From: Dictyostelium discoideum
Lineage: Eukaryota
Reading direction: 5' to 3'
Length of the DNA stretch: 3,905 bases
Assembly: GCA_000004695.1 (NCBI GenBank)
Contig: CH709169.1
Span: 1-3,905 of the forward strand
In this document: piece after piece, positions 1 through 3,905 of the stretch
How positions within the stretch are numbered: the first letter of the stretch is position 1
Layout: every line of letters starts with the position of its first letter
Notes under the pieces: model-generated
The model's input: only the letters and a program-made list of their open reading frames with translations
Databases searched by the model: none
What the model was told of the DNA's origin: nothing
Program-made: the position numbers and the translations under genes

Positions 1-136
1 TGAATCTTGTAAAGGCTAAGGAAAGGTTGTTGATTTGATCCTCCATTGATTTCATTCTTAAATCAAAGGATTCAGCGCTATTAGAGACAGAGGTACTACT
101 ACTAGAGGCATCATTATTATTAACAGTGGTAGACAT
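1..136 (-). CDS. 5' end (N-terminal 45 codons) of a host protein-coding gene that continues beyond the window start; Asn/Ser-rich low-complexity N-terminus (MSTTVNNNDASSSSTSVSNSAESFDLRMKSMEDQINNLSLAFTRF...)
   Basis: The reverse complement of 1-136 is an open frame starting with ATG at 136..134 and running off the window. The poly-N/poly-S composition and A/T-rich codons are typical of Dictyostelium-type genes. Immediately upstream (137-250) is an extremely AT-rich promoter-like tract. It is not in the ORF track because it is open-ended. Confidence 0.45.
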   Translation of the reverse strand, partial: MSTTVNNNDASSSSTSVSNSAESFDLRMKSMEDQINNLSLAFTRF

Positions 137-223
137 ATTTTATTGTTGATATCTAAAATTATAATATGAGAAAAATAATAATATTAAAAATTAATAAAGA
201 GAAATAATTATTTGTATAAAATT

Positions 224-236
224 TGTGTGTGTGTGT
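224..236. repeat. (TG)6 dinucleotide microsatellite
   Basis: tgtgtgtgtgtgt read directly at 224-236. Confidence 0.9.
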
Positions 237-349
237 ATCTTAAATATATATAGGAGGAATTCCCAAATAAAATAAATTGTTTTAGTTTTTGTGCCACTAT
301 TTATACGTTTTTATTTTCTTAAAAATTTCGCAAAACTCAAAAAAATAAG

Positions 350-453
350 AGTTTTCGACCCTTCACAACTTTGTGCATAGTGTCGGTTCGGAATTTTTCA
401 GTTTTTCGACCTTACACAATGATCGCGTCATTGTGCCGGTTCGAAATTTTTAC
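350..453. repeat. Two tandem ~50-54 bp units (350-399, 400-453). Each has an internal inverted repeat and ends in GGTTCG(G/A)AATTTTT. A degenerate third copy may lie at 454-475.
   Basis: Unit A is agttttcgacccttcacaactttgtgcatagtgtcggttcggaatttttc and unit B is agtttttcgaccttacacaatgatcgcgtcattgtgccggttcgaaatttttac. Unit B contains a perfect 8-bp stem, cacaatga (415-422) / tcattgtg (428-435), around a tcgcg loop. Its outer arms tttcgacc / ggttcgaaa are also near-complementary. Unit A has cacaa/ttgtg. Confidence 0.7.
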
Positions 454-481
454 TTTTCTTTCGAAAATTTTTTTATTCTTC

Positions 482-499
482 GAATGTTCTAGAACATTC
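482..499. promoter_or_regulatory. Perfect 18-bp palindrome gaatgttctagaacattc. It equals four contiguous, correctly phased nGAAn/nTTCn units (GAAtgTTCtaGAAcaTTC), i.e. a canonical heat-shock-element (HSF-binding) architecture.
   Basis: Read directly from the sequence. The 5-bp unit phasing is exact. An extra TTC at 479-481 and TTCGAA at 460-465 give more GAA/TTC density nearby. It lies ~345 bp upstream of the minus-strand ATG at 136. HSEs act in either orientation. Confidence 0.5.
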
Positions 500-552
500 T
501 AAAAAATTATCTTAAATATTTGGGAAATTCAAATAAATAAATGTTATTCATA

Positions 553-568
553 ATATATATATATATAT
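553..568. repeat. (AT)8 dinucleotide microsatellite. It sits immediately left of the composition change into the foreign block.
   Basis: atatatatatatatat read directly at 553-568. Confidence 0.9.
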
Positions 569-579
569 GATAATATAAA

Positions 580-660
580 TCTATCTGGAATCGATAGCTT
601 ATTGGGCTTCCCACCTAGTTTTTTTGCTTTCTCTTCTACCTCTGATAAAATAGATACCAT
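580..660 (-). pseudogene. Short truncated minus-strand ORF fragment (MVSILSEVEEKAKKLGGKPNKLSIPDRF...). Its reading frame runs out of the foreign block into the (AT)n tract, so any real gene here is cut by the left junction.
   Basis: ATG at 660..658. An in-frame stop lies just upstream (691-693 on the + strand), so it cannot be longer. It shares the 14-mer acctctgataaaat, encoding ILSEV, with the 791-997 ORF. There is no convincing RBS. Confidence 0.2.
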
Positions 661-790
661 CTTCTCAAAGGTAGGGCGTTTAATCCCTATTTAACGGCAA
701 AATGACTCCTCATTCATCACGAACTTGATTCGACAGAATAATAACAATTTATATAAGGTTATGCAAGTCTATAGTTGAAATGTAGTTTTT

Positions 791-997
791 TCAGCGCTTG
801 CAAACATGCTGAGTGTCCATAAGCCAAGTAAAATGATTCACCTCTGATAAAATCTGTTTTTCAATATAGTGTGGTAATAGCCTGTTGGCTGTCGTATGCG
901 CTTGATCTTTATGGATAGATGTTTTGTCAATATCCAGCTGCAGCTTCTGAAAATAACAAGAAGATATTAAACACATCATGATAGCGATCAATGGCAT
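791..997 (-). CDS. Hypothetical small protein, 68 aa, with a hydrophobic N-terminus (MPLIAIMMCLISSCYF...). Prokaryote-like codon mix. Not recognised.
   Basis: This is the ORF-track entry. It has complete start and stop codons, and the maximal open frame is 75 codons. It lies inside the about-45%-GC block. It contains the 14-mer at 840-853 that is repeated at 638-651. No strong SD is visible upstream (agaaaaag only). Confidence 0.35.
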   Translation of the reverse strand: MPLIAIMMCLISSCYFQKLQLDIDKTSIHKDQAHTTANRLLPHYIEKQILSEVNHFTWLMDTQHVCKR

Positions 998-1062
998 TGT
1001 GACTTTTTCTAAGCGATGTTATGCATATGCTGATTTTTTACAGGTGTTATTCATAGGATACT

Positions 1063-1071
1063 TGATATAAT
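1063..1071 (+). promoter_or_regulatory. Extended -10 promoter element TGaTATAAT (sigma70-type), oriented toward the downstream + strand ORFs.
   Basis: ttgatataat read at 1062-1071: TG at 1063-1064, one spacer nucleotide, then TATAAT at 1066-1071. A second TATAAT lies at 1102-1107. No good -35 is present, which is acceptable for extended -10 promoters. A chance TATAAT is possible. Confidence 0.3.
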
Positions 1072-1127
1072 AGCTGGTGAGTGGTCGTTTCGTATATGCT
1101 CTATAATGGCTTACATACACCAATCCC

Positions 1128-1763
1128 ATGGTATCGGTATTGTTGTTGCAACACCTACACTGGCGTGGTCTAAGAAACCAACTCTGGTTAATATCTGAGA
1201 TAGTGTCTAATCCAGATAACAACGTCACCATTGAGCAATACGGTGTACCGAATACCACAGCAGCTTTGTATGAAGCACATAAGTTCCTTTATCTGAACGC
1301 ATGTCCTGGTTCAGTGCTACAACCAGATCGTGATGATCGCGATGAACTGCGTAAACAGGTAGCTTCCGCTATTATCTTCCTCAATACCAACACTCATCTG
1401 TACAATGCACTTCGCGTCACTGGTGAGTTCGAAATTTCTGAGCGCACTATTGAGTGGGTTCGTATGTTGGCCGATGATGGCATTATTGTATCTGGCTTCT
1501 CAACGGTGATTACCAAAAACCGTACCGTTGACAATATCCCTTTAGATACAGCGGCTAGTTCAAAAGATGTATTCGTCAAAGAATTCGAGACGGGCACTTA
1601 CCTCAACATCAAAACACCGGTTGCTGACAAAATCGGAACCCCCAGGAAATGCGGATTACATGAAGGCCTACGTCGGGGAATAATACATGAGCGATACAGA
1701 CATCATGAAGAGTATCGCCCAAGCCGGCGCAACTCCTTTAAAAGTAAACCACTTCAGTTTTAA
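1128..1763 (+). CDS. Hypothetical protein, 211 codons as an open frame. Prokaryote/phage-like codon usage. Probably damaged: the likely authentic C-terminus is ...VADKIGTPGNADYMKAYVGE*, ending at TAA 1681-1683, reached through a 1-nt slip in the C5 run at 1639-1643. The first ~25 codons look non-protein-like, so the true start may lie in another frame. Not recognised.
   Basis: This is the ORF-track entry. The core 1200-1630 has well-formed codons (ctg cgt aaa cag gta gct tcc gct att atc...). After 1644 the current frame switches to rare codons (agg, gga, cta, cgg, ata, cga, aga). The alternative frame gives a clean end followed by an SD and an ATG. Frame 2 upstream (1070-1198) reads ...MAYIHQSHGIGIVVATPTLAWSKKPTLVNI* and may be the real N-terminal part, joined through a second slip near 1196. 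Confidence 0.45.
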   Translation: MVSVLLLQHLHWRGLRNQLWLISEIVSNPDNNVTIEQYGVPNTTAALYEAHKFLYLNACPGSVLQPDRDDRDELRKQVASAIIFLNTNTHLYNALRVTGEFEISERTIEWVRMLADDGIIVSGFSTVITKNRTVDNIPLDTAASSKDVFVKEFETGTYLNIKTPVADKIGTPRKCGLHEGLRRGIIHERYRHHEEYRPSRRNSFKSKPLQF

Positions 1764-1809
1764 CAATAAGTTCATGGTTCATCGTATTACTCATCTCATT
1801 ATTACATAG
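1687..1809 (+). CDS. N-terminal fragment of the next operon gene (MSDTDIMKSIAQAGATPLKVNHFSF...), truncated by the right junction of the foreign block. The in-window stop at 1807-1809 is probably a junction artefact.
   Basis: GGGGAA at 1675-1680 lies 6 nt before ATG 1687. That ATG sits 3 nt after TAA 1681-1683 in the same frame, a classic tightly packed bacterial/phage gene junction. Codons are atg agc gat aca gac atc atg aag agt atc gcc caa gcc ggc gca. Composition decays to AT-rich after about 1740. Confidence 0.3.
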   Translation: MSDTDIMKSIAQAGATPLKVNHFSFNNKFMVHRITHLIIT

Positions 1810-1876
1810 TACTGGTACAAGTGATACTGCTCTCATTCCGACTCTCAAATGTTTAATCGTTCCAAACAGAGAAAAC

Positions 1877-2146
1877 ATGGATAAACCCAAGATTATAATT
1901 AACTCTCATTCCAAAGAAAAACAATTCAAATTAATTCTCGATACTGGAAGTAATGTTAGTTTAATCAATAAGAGGTTGATTTCAAAAGATATGAAGAACC
2001 ACGTTCACAAAACGAAAGCCAAGATTAACTTCCCGCTACTAGACGTCAAAGAAGAGTTTGTTGAACAAATCAATATACAAGTTAACAATGAAATTCATAA
2101 CTTCTTTATTATAGAATTGGATATCATTGATGTACTTTTCGGATAA
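1877..2146 (+). pseudogene. pol fragment: retroviral-type aspartic protease domain.
   Basis: This is the ORF-track entry. It reads KIIINSHSKEKQFKLILDTGSNVSLINKRL ... DIIDVLFG (the conserved ...ILG(M)D(W)L region), then a stop. The frame stays open upstream to 1748 with no CCHC gag knuckle. Confidence 0.75.
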
Positions 2147-2543
2147 TGATATCCTTAAGGACTCTATCATTAACCAAAAAGATAAAATAATCAAGTTGAA
2201 TAACAGTACATACAAAATTAATTATCAAGAGTCGAATCAATTACATTGTAATGTAAAAGCTCCAAGAAAACATGTTACCGTATCCAATGATAATCAGTCA
2301 CAGTCACATAATCTACTAGATGATGATGAAGATATCAAAGAACAAGTTACAAAGTTTGTTGAAAGCATCCCATCACAACTTTGTGATATACTGGTTAAAA
2401 CTAATCCAGAAGAAGAAGAGATACAAGCAGTACGTGATTTCATTAATGATTCATTCGAAGATGTTATAGTAGATAAAATCCTGATATTCCAGATCAGATT
2501 AACAATTCCAGAAGAGGTAATATCATACATAATATCATTATAA
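2127..2543 (+). pseudogene. pol fragment: PR-RT linker region, frameshifted relative to both neighbours.
   Basis: This is the ORF-track entry. It continues the protease C-terminus (NDILKDSIINQKDKIIKL...) after a +1 slip near 2140-2150. It is acidic and low-complexity. Its last ~20 codons overlap the frame-2 start of RT (open from 2477). Confidence 0.5.
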
Positions 2544-3438
2544 AGAAAGATCAAGATGTTGAACCAACAAAGAAACAAATCTATTACTCAACAGATGATC
2601 ATAAGAGACATGTCGAAGAAATGGTTATCAAATTTATAGATTTAGGTATTATCAAAAGATCAGAATCAAATTACTCATCTCCAATCATGTTATTAAAGAA
2701 GAGGATTCATGGCGTGTAGTCCACGACTATCGTCAACTAAATAAAGTCACTATTAGAGACGATCATCCATTCACTCCGGTTGATAGTCTTTTAAATCAAT
2801 GTAAAGATTCAAAGCTTTTCTCAAAGTTTGACATGATTATGGGTTATTTCCAAGTGTTAATTAATCCAGAACACGCAAAGTACACCGCTTTCATTACACA
2901 TATTGGTAAATTTGAATATACTAGAATGCCACAAGGTTTAGTCAACTCTCCATCCACATTCGCCAGATTGATGGTCGAAATATTTGGAAAAATCAAAAGT
3001 TTATTACAATACTTTGATGATCTTTTGGTTCATTCAAAACTCGACTACATGGTACATTTCATTGAAATCATTAGAATGCTTCTATATTGTAGAAAGTACC
3101 TATTATTCATTTCAAGAGAAAAGAGTGAAATGTTAAAGACTGAAGTTGATTTCCTTGGTTTTCACATTCATAAAGATGGTATATCTCCAAGAGCTGCAAA
3201 GGTTAGAGCTATCTCTGAGTTACCTGAACCAAGAAACGCCAAAGAAGCTGAAGCTGCATTAGGTCTTTTTGGATTCTTCAGGAGACACATTGAAAATTAC
3301 GCTGAAAAAACCTATCACCTTTCCAAAGAATCAAAAGGAAAAAACAAGAAAACACTTTCTGATGAATCACTCAAAGAATTCAATAATCTAAAGAAAGAGT
3401 TTGAAGGTGAAAATATTGTCGCTATTCCAATGGGATGA
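2477..3438 (+). pseudogene. pol fragment: reverse transcriptase domain. Frame 2 covers 2477-2716, then frame 1 runs to 3438 (1-nt deletion near 2690-2705). Ends in a stop.
   Basis: Frame 2 reads ...VEPTKKQIYYSTDDHKRHVEEMVIKFIDLGIIKRSESNYSSPIMLLKK, then hits a TAG at 2717-2719. Frame 1 reads EEDSWRVVHDYRQLNKVTIRDDHPFTPVDSLL...FSKFDMIMGYFQV...YFDDLLVHS...FLGFHIHKDGISP...LGLFGFFRRHI... These match gypsy RT blocks (SP..SP...KK.DG.WR.C.DYR.LN..T, Y..DD, F.G.). The ORF-track entry 2833..3438 is its tail. Confidence 0.85.
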
Positions 3439-3469
3439 ATCGTTTTTAAATAAAATTAAGGAAGAATAA

Positions 3470-3905
3470 ATCAATTCTCAATGGCTATTAGAGATGAAAA
3501 AGAATCCAAATTTATGCATTGAAGAAATTAATGATATCTGTTACCTTAGTGAAGATGGGTTCAAGAAATTAATCATCATAGATAAAGAAACTATTCATAC
3601 CGTCATTAGAGAATATCACGATACCAAATATAGTGGTCATCACGCTTTAGATATCACATACAATAATATAAGACAAGATTACTATTTCAAAGAAATGTTT
3701 TCTATTATCAAGAGGTACATAAAGTCTTGTGCAACATGTCAATTGAACATTAACCGTAAAGATAATGGTATACTCCAAAGTTTAGAAATTCCCTTTGAAG
3801 TTTGGAGAGATATATCAATCGATTTCTTATTGCTACCAAAAACAATGTATGCAATAAACGGATTTACAGTTGAAGTCGATCAAGTTTGTGTCATTGTTTG
3901 TAGAT
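3470..3905 (+). pseudogene. pol fragment: integrase N-terminal HHCC zinc-binding domain and the start of the catalytic core. Open to the window end. There is no Met, so it is absent from the ORF track.
   Basis: Frame 2 is open from 3470 to the window edge: ...KLIIIDKETIHTVIREYHDTKYSGHHALDITYNNIRQDYYFKEMFSIIKRYIKSCATCQLNINRKDNGILQSLEIPFEVWRDISIDFLLLPKTMYAINGFTVEVDQVCVIVC. It matches the gypsy IN pattern YHD..GH.G..T...I...YYW..M...V..YV..C..CQ.NK.....G.LQPL.IP...W..IS.DF. Confidence 0.8.

Larger units (their letters stand above)
576..1760. other. Compositionally foreign block (about 45% GC versus about 10-30% on both flanks) with enterobacterial/coliphage-like codon usage and operon-style gene organisation. 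Candidate horizontally acquired, contaminating or chimeric segment. Boundaries are approximate (left ~576-582, right ~1740-1810).
   Basis: GC on sampled 60-mers: 1261-1320 about 43%, 1321-1380 about 47%, versus about 10% at 141-200 and 22-32% in the retroelement. The ORFs use CTG, CGT, GGT, ACC and CAG codons, which AT-rich amoebozoan genes avoid. A Shine-Dalgarno plus an ATG 3 nt after a stop is present at 1675-1689. An extended -10 is present at 1063-1071. Confidence 0.55.
1748..3905 (+). mobile_element. Degenerate Ty3/gypsy-type LTR-retrotransposon internal region (pol: PR-RT-[RNase H missing]-IN). It is 3' open at the window end. No gag and no LTR are visible.
   Basis: Domain order PR, then RT, then IN is the Ty3/gypsy arrangement. 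Protease motif LILDTGS (DTG at 1940-1948). RT motifs FQVLINPEHAKYTAFITHIGKFEYTRMPQGLVNSPSTFARLM and YFDDLLVHS (YFDD at 3010-3021). Integrase HHCC finger YHDTKYSGHHALD...YIKSCATCQ (HH at 3638-3643, C-x2-C at 3728-3739), followed by ...ISIDFLLLPK...VDQV. The frame changes near 2140-2150, 2480-2530 and 2690-2716. Confidence 0.85.

Noticed and set aside
137-200. TATA-box or T-stretch core promoter for the minus-strand gene (tattataatttt about 25 nt upstream of the ATG).
   Set aside because: In DNA that is about 10% GC, TATA-like strings are everywhere. Without TSS data this cannot be separated from background, so it is not reported as a feature.
257-262. EcoRI site, plus ClaI at 590-595, ScaI at 1808-1813 and PvuII/PstI at 922-933, as hints of a cloning artefact.
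   Set aside because: Six-cutter sites occur by chance at this density. They are not at exact composition breakpoints, so they give no real support for a vector-derived join.
380-455. Possible tRNA gene, suggested by GGTTCGGAA / GGTTCGAAA T-loop-like motifs followed by T-runs.
   Set aside because: No acceptor-stem or T-stem complementarity, no A-box at the right distance, and no cloverleaf can be drawn on either strand. It is kept only as a B-box-like motif inside a tandem repeat.
350-475. CRISPR-like array (repeated ~50-bp units).
   Set aside because: There are only two to three directly abutting, imperfect units with no spacers, in a eukaryote-like AT-rich context. This is not CRISPR architecture.
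604-630. Rho-independent terminator (gggcttccc followed by a T7 run at 619-625).
   Set aside because: The stem is only 3 bp with a 3-nt loop, and the T-run is separated from it by acctag. It is too weak to call.
1019-1258. 79-aa minus-strand ORF from the track (MVFGTPYCSMVTLLSG...CCNNNTDTMG...).
   Set aside because: It is antisense to the promoter and 5' part of the better-supported + strand ORF. It has a Cys/Asn-rich low-complexity composition and no RBS. It looks like a chance open frame.
1394-1597. 67-aa minus-strand ORF from the track.
   Set aside because: It lies wholly inside, and antisense to, the core of the 1128-1763 ORF, where the + strand shows strong codon structure. It is a typical antisense shadow ORF.
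2294-2578. 94-aa minus-strand ORF from the track (Ser-rich, ...SSSSSSRLCDCD).
   Set aside because: It is antisense to the retrotransposon pol linker. Its Ser-rich content is the complement of the sense-strand acidic GAA/GAT run. It is spurious.

Overview
The window is a mosaic of three blocks with very different base composition (GC estimated by eye on sampled 60-mers). (i) 1-~575 is extremely AT-rich (about 10-20% GC) and looks like social-amoeba (Dictyostelium-type) DNA. It carries the 5' end of a minus-strand host gene running off the window start (ATG at 136..134, Asn/Ser-rich N-terminus). Its upstream region holds a (TG)6 and an (AT)8 microsatellite, two tandem ~50-bp hairpin-forming units with GGTTCGRAATTTTT motifs, and a perfect 18-bp palindrome that is a four-unit heat-shock-element consensus (GAAnnTTCnnGAAnnTTC). 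(ii) ~576-~1760 is about 43-47% GC and uses enterobacterial/coliphage-type codons (CTG, CGT, GGT, ACC, CAG), which amoebozoan genes avoid. It is organised like a prokaryotic operon: an extended -10 promoter (TGnTATAAT), a 211-codon ORF, then a GGGGAA Shine-Dalgarno 6 nt before an ATG that sits 3 nt after a TAA. Two small minus-strand ORFs share an identical 14-mer. I recognise none of these proteins; the block looks foreign (recent transfer, contamination or chimeric assembly). (iii) ~1748-3905 is about 25-32% GC and is a decayed Ty3/gypsy-type LTR-retrotransposon pol remnant on the + strand, in the order protease (LILDTGS), reverse transcriptase (YFDDLLVHS), integrase HHCC zinc finger. It is broken by at least three frameshifts, lacks RNase H (RT and IN are only 31 nt apart) and lacks gag, whose position is taken by the foreign block. 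No tRNA, rRNA or CRISPR is supported.
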